This document shows, piece after piece, positions 39,151 to 53,695 of a stretch of DNA of 64,000 nucleotides (position 1 is its first letter; every line of letters begins with the position of its first letter). Below the pieces are notes generated by a model. The model ran no database searches. It saw only the letters and a list, made by a program, of their open reading frames with translations, and was not told the DNA's origin. The DNA is from Octopus bimaculoides (Eukaryota): the NCBI RefSeq assembly GCF_001194135.2, contig NC_069005.1, positions 8,417,260 to 8,481,259 of the forward strand. The letters are read 5' to 3'. Position numbers and translations under genes: made by a program.

Positions 39151-39637
39151 TAAAGTTCATTAATAATTAAAAATAAAAAGAAAAATGTTTAGCGTTTCTC
39201 TGATTAAAACTGTCCCTTTTAGACTTCCCTGCAAGTTCATTTTGTAGAATTCATGTTTAGTACAGTTAGCCTCAGTTTCTAACTAGAAATTATGAACACA
39301 ATGGACAATACATCAGTTTCATATACTTTTATCGAAGCGTGCATTTATGTATGTGTTGCATGTTTGCATGTGTGTTTGTCAATGTGTATACATTTATGTG
39401 TATGTCTGTGTGCATGCATTTTTATGTGCATTTGTGTGTTTATGTAAATTCTATGTGTACATGTGTGAAAGAGTAAGTAGTGTCGATGGGGGAGTTATTA
39501 CAGTCATGACAGCTCTGAGACTTCACAACCCACTGAACTATCTACCATTCACTCTCCAACTATTTTATTCATTGTGCCAGCTGCATTAGGGTCATTATTT
39601 AGCTATATATGTACAAGCAGATGTGTGTCTGTGTGTA

Positions 39638-39686
<49 letters not shown>

Positions 39687-39978
39687 NNNNNNNNNNNNNN
39701 NNNNNNNNNNNNNNNNNNNNNNNNNNNNNNNNNNNNNNNNNNNNNNNNNNNNNNNNNNNNNNNNNNNNNNNNNNNNNNNNNNNNNNNNNNNNNNNNNNNN
39801 NNNNNNNNNNNNNNNNNNNNNNNNNNNNNNNNNNNNNNNNNNNNNNNNNNNNNNNNNNNNNNNNNNNNNNNNNNNNNNNNNNNNNNNNNNNNNNNNNNNN
39901 NNNNNNNNNNNNNNNNNNNNNNNNNNNNNNNNNNNNNNNNNNNNNNNNNNNNNNNNNNNNNNNNNNNNNNNNNNNNNN

Positions 39979-40026
<48 letters not shown>

Positions 40027-40136
40027 CACAAACATATATATGTATAGACACATACATAATTATATGTACACATTTATATATGTGTACATATATGTGTATA
40101 TGTGTGTGTGTATATATACATGTATGAGTCTGTATG

Positions 40137-40180
<44 letters not shown>

Positions 40181-40610
40181 CTCATACATGTATATATACA
40201 CACACACACATATACACATACACACACATATATGTATATGTGCAAATAATTATTTCTTCTGTGCTTATGCCAAATTGTGTGCATGTGTGTGTACTGAACC
40301 ACACTCCCCCTAATCTGCATACATATACACATGCATATATGATATCTCTATATCTATGTTCATATATATATGTATAGATATATGTATGTTTATATATGTA
40401 TACGCACGCACACACACACACACACACACACACTTTCCGTGTGTGTGTGTGTAAGTGTGTGTGTGTAAGTGTGTGTGTAAAAGTATGTCCCAGATATCAA
40501 AATATAAAACTAGAAATACCAAAACAACAAAATAAAAAGCGCATGCACACACACACACATGCACAAAAAGAAAAGAAAATGAAAAAAAGGACCCCTAAAA
40601 ACCCTTCCAA

Positions 40611-40653
<43 letters not shown>

Positions 40654-40959
40654 GAGGAGAAAGTAATTGAGCTATGAAATATTATTGAATGCAAAATTCC
40701 CTGAATGCTTTCCCCAGCAATGATAAACTACAGAATATAGTTTTCTGTTGTGATTGATGCATACAATAAAGGAACAGAAAGCTTATTCATTTATTAATAT
40801 ATTTTTTTTTTGTGCATTGCTCTGAGAATTTCCCCCTTTTCCGATATTTTATTATATTTTTGTTAGATGATATTATTCTTATTTTCTTCAACTTACCTTC
40901 TTTTTAAAAAAATTAACTTTGGTTTCCCAATTTTTTTTTATTATTATTTTATTCCCACA

Positions 40960-40991
<32 letters not shown>

Positions 40992-41013
40992 GTTATTATT
41001 GTTATTATTATTA

Positions 41014-41059
<46 letters not shown>

Positions 41060-41454
41060 CATCTTTATTTTGCCTTAAAATATTTTTTCTGTTCCCTCAC
41101 CCATCTTGCTGCATTTGTTTGTGGCTGACTTAGTTGTTTTGTTTTGTTTTGTTTTTTCCCTCTTTACTACACGGTTTTGATAAAATAGTTCAGTGCGGCT
41201 ATATCCAGATTATATGATGATAACAAGTAATAAAGTACCTATCACTACCAGCAATATTTATTGAGTGAGGTGACTAATGGGAAGCTGTCATGGCTGCATG
41301 GTTATAGTTTGTTCCACAACCATGTGCATTGTGAGTGCAATTTCATTTGCACTGCACTTTCTTTGGGCAAGCGTTTTCAATTGTAGTTTTATATATGCAT
41401 GTATATGTATATATAGATATATGTGTGTGTGAGTGTATATATGTATATACATAC

Positions 41455-41502
<48 letters not shown>

Positions 41503-41591
41503 ATATCTTGCCTGAAAATCCTGTGACCCCACAACTGAAACTCAGACTATCAAACAGACTGACTCAACCAAAATAACAAAATAAATATATG

Positions 41592-41641
<50 letters not shown>

Positions 41642-41647
41642 TCATCA

Positions 41648-41825
41648 TCATCGTTTAACGTCCGCTTTCCATGCTAGCATGGGTTGGACGATTTGACTGA
41701 GGACTGGTGAAACCAGATGGCAACACCAGGCTCCAATCTAATTTGGCAGAGTTTCTACAGCTGGATGCCCTTCCTAACGCCAGCCACTCAGAGAGTGTAG
41801 TGGGTGCTTTTACGTGTCACCCGCA
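41648..41825 (-). mobile_element. Young family C SINE-like copy next to (TA)n
   Basis: catcatcgtttaacgtccgctttccatgctagcatgggttggacg... retains many CpGs relative to the other copies. Confidence 0.8.
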
Positions 41826-41935
41826 CGTGCAATGAAATTTGTATATATGTATAGTTCTGTATGAATGTGTGTGTGTATCTATCTATATATTTATATGTAT
41901 CTATAGGTATGTATAAATAGTGTGTATACGTGTAT

Positions 41936-43046
41936 GTATGAAGTGTCAAAATGTTCCTGGACTAGTTATGTTTGATAAAAAAAACTAAACTTATTTACCT
42001 AAGTTTTAATATCATCTCCTTTAAAACAGTTACCTTGCACAGCAATACACTGGCCCCAGAATTCCTGCCACTTTTGGAATCTGGTGTGGAAGTCATTTTC
42101 TCGAGGATCTTCCATGGTTTGCTCTTGACCTCGACAATGGTGTTAAAATGGTGACCTTTCAGCTGCGTCTTCATCTTGAAGAAAGATGGAAGTCTGCAGG
42201 TGCTAAATCTGGCGAATAGGACATGTGTAGAAGTAATACCATGTTGTTTTTGGTGAGAAACTCATGAGTAAGGAGAGCTTGATGAGAGGGTGCATTGTCA
42301 TCATGAAGAATCCAATTCTTCATCCGGTCCCTTTTGCTGAATGTCCTCCCTCAAACACTTCAAAATGTTGCAGTAGGACTCTCAGTTGATGGTCTGGTCC
42401 TCAAGGACGAATCCTCGATGCACAATACTGCAGGTATCGAAAAAAAGGATGAGCATGCTCTTGATTGTGTTGCAGCTATGTGGTACTTTCTTCGGTCATG
42501 GAGATGAAGGCCTCTTCCATTGTGATGACTGCTGCTTTGTCTCAGGGCTGTACCCCTAAACCCAACTCTCATCACCCGTGATGATCTTTGATATGGAGGA
42601 TGGGGCATCAATGGCATGCAGATGGAGATCTTGACAGACTTTGACACAATGTTCTTTCTGCTCAGTAGTCAGCAGGTGGGGGATAAACTTGGCAGTGACA
42701 CATTGCATGTTTAATCCAGACGTTAGGATTGCCTCTGCATGGATCCATACAACAGACCAACAACATCAACAATGTCATTGGTTGTCCTCCGATCATCCTC
42801 ATGCACAAGATGATGAATTTTCTCCGCATTTCCAGAGGTGATGCTCGTGGCAGGTCTTCCAGATTGCTCCTTGCCTTCCAGGGATGTTCTTCCACTTTTC
42901 AAGGACGTGTGCCACTTGAAACATTGTGATGTCACTTGGCACACTTGGCCTTTTGACGGTCATTGCCAGTTCTCACTGCACATGCAACCATGTGCTGACA
43001 TCTGTTGGTGTGCTACAGAACTAGTCTGGGAACTTTTGGGTGGAGT

Positions 43047-43050
<4 letters not shown>
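41936..43050 (-). mobile_element. Mariner (DD34D-type) element with TIRs and a decayed transposase
   Basis: Minus: CFKWHTSLKSGRTSLEGKEQSGRP...; IITGDESWV*GYSPETKQQSSQWK; FFDTCSIVHRGFVLEDQTIN; LHDDNAPSH; YSPDLAPADF. TIRs tatgaagtgtcaaaatgttcctggactag (about 41936-41964) and ctagtctgggaacttttgggtggagttgta (43021-43050). Multiple stops and frameshifts. Confidence 0.9.
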
Positions 43051-43106
<56 letters not shown>

Positions 43107-43175
43107 GATAGATACATACATACAAATATGTGTATATGTAGATTTATTTAGCTGTGCCTGTTCATATGTATATGC

Positions 43176-43213
<38 letters not shown>

Positions 43214-43903
43214 GGATACACACACACTCATAGATTGGGTGTTGTATGTGTAAGTTTTTGAGAACAAGACTTGCACATACAAAATAAAGTACTCACCAGT
43301 TCAACTTAAAACATGTGCTATTTCATTTGTGTGTACATTATTATTGTCTAATATATTCCTGTTCTGATTTTAAGGGATCTTCTTCATAACTTGCATCTAT
43401 TTTTGACCATTAACATTTCAATATCTGCTTTTCCATGCTGTCATGGGTTGGACATGCTTCATTGAAGCAGAATTTTATGACTTGATGCCCTTTCTCTCAC
43501 CACTCTTTTTAGTCACCTATTCTGACTTAGAGGGACAAAGTGTACCTATTTGAGAACTTGCATTTGTTTGGTACTTTATTTTCGTTTTCCTTTGTAGCCC
43601 TCACTTGTCACAGACATCATCTGTCATATTACATTTAAAATGAGACCCACTCCTAAATATTTCATATCTGCCTTTATCTACTTATATATATTGCATGTCT
43701 TTTAGTGAAAATGTCTTGTAATGTTAATAAGTTAATAGGAGTTAATAAAAGTGAGGGATTTGGGGGAAGGTTTGGAAAGAAAGCATTGAACAACAAAAAT
43801 TGAAACAATACAGCAATGCAATACTTGAAAAGAGGTGAAAACTGGAACAAACACACCCCACCATATGTATGTGTATATGCAAGTATGTATATTGAAATAT
43901 GTA

Positions 43904-43934
<31 letters not shown>

Positions 43935-44223
43935 ATACACACACAAGTACTCTCACACACACATTCTGTGTGTGTCTTTCAATGATATTGGTGTAACATA
44001 TAAAATGTAGGTGAGAAAAAAATCTATGCTTTATGATAAATATCTCTTGCAATATTTGTCCTGTATTGAGTTAGACACCCTTTTATCATTCATTCTATCA
44101 GGAATACAGTGAATCATTGATTGGCCAGTTGGAAACTGACAGCCAACCAATAGAAATGCTATTGTTCACAAATTGCTTGATGGTAAACATGGGGTTAAAA
44201 AACAGTTTCAGATGGATGCCTTT

Positions 44224-44263
<40 letters not shown>

Positions 44264-44804
44264 TGCATACACAGACATGCACAACACACACACACACATT
44301 AAGGCATGTAAGCCACCACATTGATGGTTAAACAATACAGAAATGGTTCTGCATGTCTAGTTTTTCCAGCACAATAAAAGGACCTCTACATTTCATTATT
44401 TATTGTTGTTTAGCTCCCTTTGGTCAAATGTGTTACAGCTATATCTCTTTTACTCTTTTACTTGTTTCAGTCATTTGACTGCGGCCATGCTGGAGCACCG
44501 CCTTTAGTCGAGCAAATCGACCCCAGGACTTATTCTTTGGATGTCTGAACAATTTTTTTTTAAAGATGCATTATCCAATATGTCCTTCATTTTTGACTCA
44601 ATACTGTTGTTGTGTTTAGCCTCTGGTCAGTTCTGAAGCAACAGAACTATGATCAAAGACGTTCTGGCTGTGACCATCTTGTAATTTTTTTTTTTACAAG
44701 TGTGTCTACGATCACATTATCCAATTGTACTTTGTTTCTCAAGACAGGGATTTGAAAAATATTTGGCTTCAGTTTCTATAGCTGATGGAGTCTCTGTTTT
44801 TAAG

Positions 44805-44915
44805 ACTCAATCAAAGAATTTGATGTTTATTTTTTTGAGTTCCAAATTTTTCTTGATGCCATCTCAGCCATCAGTTGCTTTGACCAGATTCCCCAAATTC
44901 CTAGAAAATGCTTTA
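44805..44915 (+). CDS. Candidate 111-nt exon (xSIKEFDVYFFEFQIFLDAISAISCFDQIPQIPRKCF)
   Basis: Acceptor ctctgtttttaag|, donor ta|gtcagt; phase 1-1 frame open. Confidence 0.3.
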
Positions 44916-45723
44916 GTCAGTTACATTTTGTGTTAGGAAACCAAAATAGATTCAAGTTCAAATCACAGAAAAGATTTATAATAACTATTTCACTGGCTTA
45001 ATATCCTCATTATGTATCAATTGATTAAATGAAGGTGGATGGTTGGGTAAATTACACAATTGTTGTATTGCTCCTAGGTATTCTCCCATTAAACTGAAAT
45101 GTTCCAGATGTGACTGTTCTATTTTCATTTTGCTGATGTAAAATACATTGGTTGGTGGATTGATAGAGTCATTAACTGTGGTGGTATCCCAGCTCTGAGT
45201 TCAAATCTTGCTGAAATTAGCTTGGCCTTTCATATTTCCAATCTTTATAAACAAAGTACCAGTCGAGTACTGAAGTTGATTCCTCTTTCTCTCTCCCCCT
45301 CTTTTTATCTCGCTTTATCTCTCAGAATTGGCTACGTTGCATTGTGAACTAGTTAGAATGAGTTCATTCATAGAAATCTTTCCTTTGTATGTTAGATGAG
45401 TGTTTGAGCATGGGGCTAGCAGAAACCACTTATCATAGAAACACTGATACACTAATAAAACTGTTCAAGACTAAATCATTGTACTGTGTTGCTCAGCAAT
45501 GGTAACAATAAAAATAATAAATACAAGATAATGTTATCCAATGTAATTCTCATTTTTGAAACAGCAGGATGTGATTGAGGGTGATTTCGCTGTTATATCC
45601 ACAGCTTCAACCATCCACTTAGAGGCTTCCTTTCTTTTACTGGCGGTGGTAGAAAGGTGAGTTATGAGAATGAATAAGGAATTAAGATAAGTTCAATACC
45701 AGGTTGCATTTAAAATTCATTCG

Positions 45724-45812
<89 letters not shown>

Positions 45813-46850
45813 GTATGTGTGTATATTCATTTGTATACATTTGTATATATATATATGTGTATGTGTGTATATATACATACATATAAATTTGTATATGTAT
45901 ACATATATATTTATGCATACACTCACACACACACATATATTATTTGATGAAATGGTGAAAATGGATCTACTATTTCTCATGAGTGGAATTAATAATATTA
46001 GTCATGATAATCACATCATCATTATTATCATCATCACCATAATCAACAACAATGAACACACACACGTGTGCACGCGCACACACACACACACACACACACA
46101 CTCAATGTAACACCCCATCACCACCACCACCACCACCACCACCACCATCACCATCATTTGTATTTTCAATCATTATGATAATTTGATAAAAACAAAAACC
46201 AAGGAAGGAAATAATAATAATAATAATAATAATCTTTATTGTTTCTTTGCTTTTTTTTTTTAATTGTGTTTATTNNNNNNNNNNNNNNNNNNNNNNNNNN
46301 NNNNNNNNNNNNNNNNNNNNNNNNNNNNNNNNNNNNNNNNNNNNNNNNNNNNNNNNNNNNNNNNNNNNNNNNNNNNNNNNNNNNNNNNNNNNNNNNNNNN
46401 NNNNNNNNNNNNNNNNNNNNNNNNNNNNNNNNNNNNNNNNNNNNNNNNNNNNNNNNNNNNNNNNNNNNNNNNNNNNNNTGATAATGACAACAATATATAA
46501 ATGATATAATGATATAATCGGAATAATAACTTTGTATGCCATGTATGGCTTGATTGTCTGCATTTCCTGTGTTATCTAATATACCATCTGTGATTTGAGT
46601 GATTGATTGATTGGTTGGTCGATCAGTTGGTTGGTGGGGAGGGGAGGGATGCGGAGGAGTGAGTGAGTGAGGGAAGGAGGGAGAGAAGCATGTTTGAATT
46701 TGTGTCTCATTGTAATGGTGTGTGTGTGTGTGTGTGTGTGTTTGTGTGTTTGAGATGGATAGATAGATTGAGAGAGCATAGAATATCTGTGAATGTGTGT
46801 GTGTGTGTGTGTGTATCTGAGGAAGAGAGAATAGAAAGTCTGTGATTGTG

Positions 46851-46883
<33 letters not shown>

Positions 46884-47172
46884 ATGTATGCACGTGTGTG
46901 CGTCTGAGATGGTTAGATAGATAGAGAAAGAGAGAGTAAATAGAGTAGCTGTGATTGTATGTGTGTATTTCAGATAGATAGATAGAATGTGTGCATGTGA
47001 GCGTGTGTGTGTGTGTGTGTGTGCGTGCACATGCTAGAGACTGAATACATAGACAGATAGATAGAAAGAGAGAAATGCAGTTATAAGGGAATGATGTATC
47101 ATAATATGATGAGGATGTTGTTGATGATAGTGTTAAAGTTTGTCTATGACAATGCAGGTGTGAATATACACA

Positions 47173-47214
<42 letters not shown>

Positions 47215-47307
47215 TGAGAGATGAAAAGAGAGGCACTGTGTATGTGTGGGGTAGAAGAAGAAGGATGTGGAATAATATGGAGTACTGTTTCATATCAGTA
47301 ATAGTTA

Positions 47308-47343
<36 letters not shown>

Positions 47344-47962
47344 GATGGTCACTGTATTAAACTTTGTCTATGACGTGTGTATGTATGTGTATATGTGAGA
47401 GAGAGAGAGGTAGTAAAAGGTAAAGTATTGTTTTTATATCAGTGGCATGATGATGACTGTATGTGTCCTACAGAGAGAGAGAGAGAGATAAAGCACTGGT
47501 TCATAACAATAGCTTCATAATAATGGTGTTGACGAAGATGATGAGAATAATGGGTTTGTTGTTGGTTTAGTTCCACTATGATAACAATATTTGGAGAGAT
47601 GGATGATGTTTGCACTAATTATTATTATTACCGTCATCGTCATCATCATCATCATCATCATCATCATGAATCACTCTTGCCATGATGCAAGCTGACACTG
47701 ATTTGCTTTATATATGCATTGGTCTATGAAACATCAACTCCAGCCAATAACTCCTAATATACACACTAATATACACTTGTACCGTAGGAACACTCAAACA
47801 TGTGCATATATATATATATATCTTTTCATACACATACATATGCATATACATAAATCGATATGTGCAGAAGCCCACACACACACACACACACACTTATGTG
47901 TGTATATAATGCATATATATAACACTTATATATGCTATATATACACACACATACATACATAG

Positions 47963-47993
<31 letters not shown>

Positions 47994-48007
47994 TATGTGT
48001 GCTGTAC

Positions 48008-48074
<67 letters not shown>

Positions 48075-48660
48075 TATATGATACGTATGTATCATATATA
48101 TGTACATATATATAAATATATACAGACACACACATATATATATATATATATGTATATGTATGTATATATATATATATATATATACATATATATATGATAC
48201 ATACATATGCTGTATAAATATATATATAGAGATATCATATACATGTGCACACATGCACATACACACGCATGTATGCGCATGTGTATTTTGGTAAATGATG
48301 GCAGAATTGGTGCGTCAAACAACAATACCTTATGGCATTTTGTTCTGTATTGGTTATCTTTATGCCCTGTTGACTTTGCCTTTAGTTTCCACCAAGATCG
48401 ATAACATGAGTACGAGATTAAAGTACTGGGAGGAGGCGTCGATGTAATTGACCAAGAATCCTTGAAGGCAGTGCTTCAGCATGGTCGCAGTCCAATGGCT
48501 ACAACCAGCAAAGGGATAAAAGAGAGAAAACATACATGTGTATGAATATATACATGTGCATACATACATACAAACATATAGGTGGATATGTGTGCAGTTG
48601 ACACTGATGCATATTTCTGCTATCATTTGTTGCTGACGAGAGATTACTCACTGTTTTCAG

Positions 48661-48749
48661 AATCTTTTGAAAGCATCACTTTTTCCAGCAGCGCCAAGGA
48701 ATGTCAAGCTATTTTAGCCCATTATAGAATATGTCAATCCTATCCATGA
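48661..48749 (+). pseudogene. Diverged duplicate of the 3' half of the 48912-49079 candidate exon (xSFESITFSSSAKECQAILAHYRICQSYP*)
   Basis: About 78-bp homology 48652-48730 vs 49003-49081; has its own acceptor ttttcag| but lacks the GT donor of the second copy and runs to TGA. Confidence 0.4.
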
Positions 48750-48911
48750 ATTCAGAGAGAGAGAGAGAGAGAAAGAAAGTGAGAGAGAGAGAGAGAGAGA
48801 AAGAAAGAGAGAGAAAGAGAGAGAGAGATAGAGAGAGAAAGACATACACACTCACGCATGCACACACAAAATTTAATGAATTGGCTTCTAAAAGGTTGCA
48901 TAACATGCTAG

Positions 48912-49079
48912 ATAGAGCAACTGAATCTTCCACAATTCAGACCACACTGTTTTAAAAAGCCAATGATAGAAGTAAAAAAAAAACGATGCATCAGAACCAC
49001 AATGTTTTTGGAATCTGTTGGTAGCATCACTTTTTCCTGCACTGCTAAAGAATGCCAAGGTATTTTAGCTCAATATAAA
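48912..49079 (+). CDS. Candidate 168-nt exon (IEQLNLPQFRPHCFKKPMIEVKKKRCIRTTMFLESVGSITFSCTAKECQGILAQYK)
   Basis: Acceptor catgctag|, donor aaa|gtattt; phase 0-0 frame open; divergence from the upstream duplicate is biased to third positions. Confidence 0.45.
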
Positions 49080-49159
49080 GTATTTTATTTCTTTCATAGA
49101 TTCAGCAGTCTATGATACATACAAATACACACAGAATCCAATTGTTCTGTATGTTAAGT

Positions 49160-49600
49160 GAGTTGTTGGCTTACTTAAGCCCTTCACCCTCTATGAAGCA
49201 GAGGCCATCGATAACTTTTCTCCACTGTTTATGATTCTGCACTGTCATTTCTGCTGCTCTCCAATTAGGTCCCTATTTTTTCAGCTCTCCTTCAATATCT
49301 TGTCTCCAGCTACTTTTAGGGCATCCTCTCTTCTGTCTCCCTTGTTGGTTCCAGGTTAGGGCCTCATGTTTCATATGTCTCCCTGAGAGAAGGCCTTCCT
49401 CTCCTAGGTCTTGTTGGTTCTGAATTGCTTCTGATGTTTTTGTAACTTCACTTTTTCTAGATAGGATTGTTGGCCTTACACAAACCTATTTTTTACACCT
49501 GGAAAGAAAGGGTCCAGCATGAGAGGCCCTACTAGGATTTGGTGCCCCACTGGCTTAGCTCTCGGGGTCATTACAACTCATAAACCACTTCATTGCAACT
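49160..49600 (-). mobile_element. Internally deleted RTE element (5'-UTR-like segment joined to the 3' end)
   Basis: 3' part: HEALTWNQQGRQKRGCPKSSWRQDIEGELKK*GPNWRAAEMTVQNHKQWRKVIDGLC followed by taagtaag. 5' part resembles RTE 5' UTRs (gaccccgagagcta...ggccaacaatccta...). Confidence 0.65.
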
Positions 49601-50658
49601 AGACCTTGTAGTGAATATGTCAGAAAATAACAACTGAATATCCAACAAATCACACCATATTGTTTTAAAGAGAAAATAAAGACCTATTGGATTGTGCGGT
49701 TTTAGACACACTAAATGTGCCCAGTGCATTCTGTAAAGTGGTTAGCAATAGTACAGGCAACCAGTCATGGAAATCAAAGCAAAATGTCATGCATGAGCAT
49801 CAGACCATGGAAGCAGTTGCTCCCAATAAAAAATAACTCAGACCCCTCGAACCCTTGCCAGTAAGGCAAGCAGATGTAAAATGAAAATGATATGGAAGTT
49901 ATTGGCATACAGAATTAAACAGTCAGTTAAATAAAATGTTAACTTGGAACAGGAGCCTTTATTCTCTGCTAAACAGGCCAAGTTGAGACCAGCAGGAATT
50001 GAACTCACAACTTATATATATATGGAAGAAGATGAAACTAAATAATATAAGACAAATTATTGTTTGGTACTCTACTTTCTATCTATTTTTTTTTGTTTTG
50101 TTTTTGTTTAGCTGCTGCTGCTCTCATCTCATCAATAAATAAATATTTCACATGCACACATTTTACTCTTGTGATGTGAGTTAATTGATGAGAATTTTTT
50201 GAAACTTGCATATTTCTGTGACTGACTAAAAGTGTTTGTTTGCTTCTTTCTCATTTTTTCTTCTTATTCTGTCGTCTGTCTTCTTCTTCTTTGCTTTCCT
50301 TCTTTCTCTCCATTTTCTTCTTTCTCGTCCTTTTCCTCTTTCTTACTTTCTTTTTCTACCTTACTTTATCTTTTTGTCTTTTTATTTTTCTTGTTTCTTC
50401 TTTCGTCTTGTTGCTGATGTTGTTGTTGCAACAGTATCAACAACAACAACAACAATAACAGCAACATGCAGCAGACATTTTGAAGCCAAGAAATCTGGTG
50501 CCCAGAAAACTTTGAGAGAGAATACTGAAATGCCAGTGTGAAGAATTTCATTATATAATATGGAGGGGATGTTTGGGGTGAGGCAGGAAGATACATAATG
50601 AAGAATGGTTATAAACATGATTAAAATTTGAAATGTTTGCAGCTCAGGCAACAGCGGA

Positions 50659-50702
<44 letters not shown>

Positions 50703-50895
50703 TTAAATACTTTAAGCTTGGTGATGCTGTTTTGAGTTCAGCTCTTGTTGCAGTGGACATTACCTCTCTGCGGTTATTGTTGTTGTTCTTATTGAGCTTC
50801 AGGTTTGCCCTGATTGAGCTTTCAGACCTATGATGAAAGACATTTCAACTTTTATCATCGCATGTTTTTCTCAGTCTGCCTATTTGGCTGCCTGT

Positions 50896-50977
<82 letters not shown>

Positions 50978-53474
50978 GTCTGTCTGGGTGTGTGGCCCTC
51001 GTGCCAGTGGCATGTAAACGCACCCACTACGCCCTCAGAGTGGTTGACACTAGGAAGGTCATCCAGCTGTAGAAACTCTGCCAGATCAGATTGGAGCCTG
51101 GTGCAGCCATCTGGTTCGCCAGTCCTCAGTCAAATCGTCCAACCCATGCTAGCATGGAAAGCGAACTTTAAATGACGATGATGATGATGATATCAGGCAT
51201 GTTATAAGCCTTGTGGTCTGCAACAAATCTCATGGCTGAAGCATTTGCTTTCGATGCTAACTTCTTAACTACAGCCATGCTCATATGATAGGATGGAAAT
51301 ATGAACAACAAATAGTTCAGTGAAGAAAAAAAAACAAAAAAAAAACAACAAAAAATAAAAATAAAAACTTGAAATAATTGACTTTATAAAATTGATTTCC
51401 TTTCTAATTAAAGGACAGAAACATTATAAAATATGTCAATAGAAATAAGTGGGTGCTTGGTTTGCCATAAATATATAAATGCTAGGTTTTTTTCTTAAAA
51501 CATGAGTGCTATATATGTTCTTAATAGCTGAGTGGTAGGTTTGTTCTTAATAGGTAAGTACTAGGTTGGTTGCAATACAATAATTTTTTACTGAGCATTC
51601 TTTGATTTGCTGCTGATATTTAGAGAAATGATACTAATGTGTGTCCTCATCATCATTGTTTAACGTCCATTTTCCATGCTGGCATGGGTTGGATAGTTCG
51701 ACTGGGGACTGGCGAGCCAGGAGGCTGCATCAGGCTCCAATCTGATCTGGCAATCTTTCTACAGCTGGATGCCCTTCCTAATGCCAACCATTCTGAGAGT
51801 GTAGTAGGTGCTTTTTAAGTGCCACCAGCACAGGAGCCAGTCAGGTGGCACTGGCATCGGCCACGTTCAGATGGTGCTTTTCCTGTGCAACTGGCATGAG
51901 GAGCCAGTCAGGCAGCACTGGCAACGACCAAGCCTATTTGGTATTTTAAGCTTTATAAATCATAGACACCTTTTGGTAAAATCAATTGACAAAATGGCAC
52001 AGTTGCCTTCCAGTGCATATATATTTTCTCTCTCTCTGAATACATACATACATACAGACATACATACATAATATAGGCAGTTAGGGCAAATCCCAGCTGT
52101 TTGCTTTTGAAGCAAGTCTGCTTATTCCATTATTACAATCCAATATGTAGTCTCAGTTGCTGCTGTATGTTAGTTCAAAATACATATTAAAATTGAGAAT
52201 TATGGAAAAATTACTTGCAGAGTCATTGTATAACAAAACAGGAAATTGGAAATAATACCAAAAAATTTCCAATTTCCTGTTTTGTTATGCATAGATACAT
52301 ATAGGTGTGTGTGTGTGTGTGTGTGTTGATATCTTTGTCTTGCTAATTGAGTAAAAATATACTTCACTAATGTGATCTTCTACGACTGAAACATATCTGT
52401 TGCTTTCACCAGTTAGCTATACAGAGCAGGTCTTCTCCAAACTGCATTATTTATATATTGTCCAAAAATTACATACAGATGCAGGGGTAGCTGTTTAAAT
52501 AAGAAGTTTGCTTTGCAGCCACATGGTTATGGGTTCAGTCCCACTGTGTGGCATCTTGGGCAGAAGTATTTAGTTATAGTCCCAGGCTGACCAAAGCCTT
52601 GTGAGTAGATTTGGGAGATGGAAAATGTATGGAGGTCAATTATACATGTGTGGGTGTGTATGAGAGTGTGTGATGTGTTGATATCTATGTATATATGTAT
52701 GTATATGTGTTTGTCCATACCCCACTGCTTGACAACCATATCGGTTTGTATATATCCTTGTAACTTAGTGGTTCAGCAAAATAGACTGATAGAATAAGAA
52801 CCAGGCTTGGAAAATAATTACTGGGGTTGATTCGTTTCACTAAACTATAGAAAGCAGTGCCCCAGTATGGCCGCAGTCCAATGACTAACTCAAGTAAAAG
52901 ATAAGCTACTTCTTAACCACACACACACACACACACACACACACAAGCGCACACACATCTATGTGTGTTCTATATATCTTTCTCACACACACTTCATTTT
53001 CATCTTGGTACAATGCTCTTCTTTAACACTGATCTGCTTTACCCTCCAGCACAAGTTTTGTTTAAAGACAAATAAACAGAAAGCATTTTTCAACTTTGAT
53101 AAACAAAACACATTTACTGCGTGCGCGCGCACGCACACACACACACACACATGCAATATTTATAATGCTGTATGTACTTTTGTGTTCAAAACTATGCATA
53201 TGCAACAATATATGTCTGTTTAAATATTGTCTTTGACAAACAAAAGATTACCACCACCACTGGCAACGAGATCACCTGCACCAGCATCACCACAACCGCA
53301 ACCACAACCATAAACAATAACTAACTCCACGACTACCACCACTAAAGGCAGTAATTTTCACCACAACCAATAACAAAATTGAGCAAGAGTGAAAGTCTTT
53401 GTGGTTATCTGGTCAGCTAGAAATAACAGCCGAATCTCCCTCAAGTACCCACTTCCTATTTTGCAGGATTTTTC

Positions 53475-53695
53475 AAGCCAAGCCAACTAGCAGGAGACTT
53501 AGGGGTAGAGCAAGAATGAGAATGGCTGGATGACAACCATAGTCTCAGTTGGTCATTCTTGGGAATCCAGGTGGGAAGTGTAATAACAGTTGCTTCTGAT
53601 AGGATCCTATGGAGGAAGTGCCTGAGGACTCTACACTGACAACCCTTCCAGGAAGCGCAGGTGGAGAAGATGGATGGATAGATGGATAGATGGAT
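53475..53695 (+). mobile_element. RTE (Expander/Rex3-like) LINE 3' end
   Basis: AKPTSRRLRGRAR / WLDDNHSLSWSFLGIQ...ASDRILWRKCLRTL followed by the (GATG)n tail gaagatggatggatagatgg. Confidence 0.75.
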
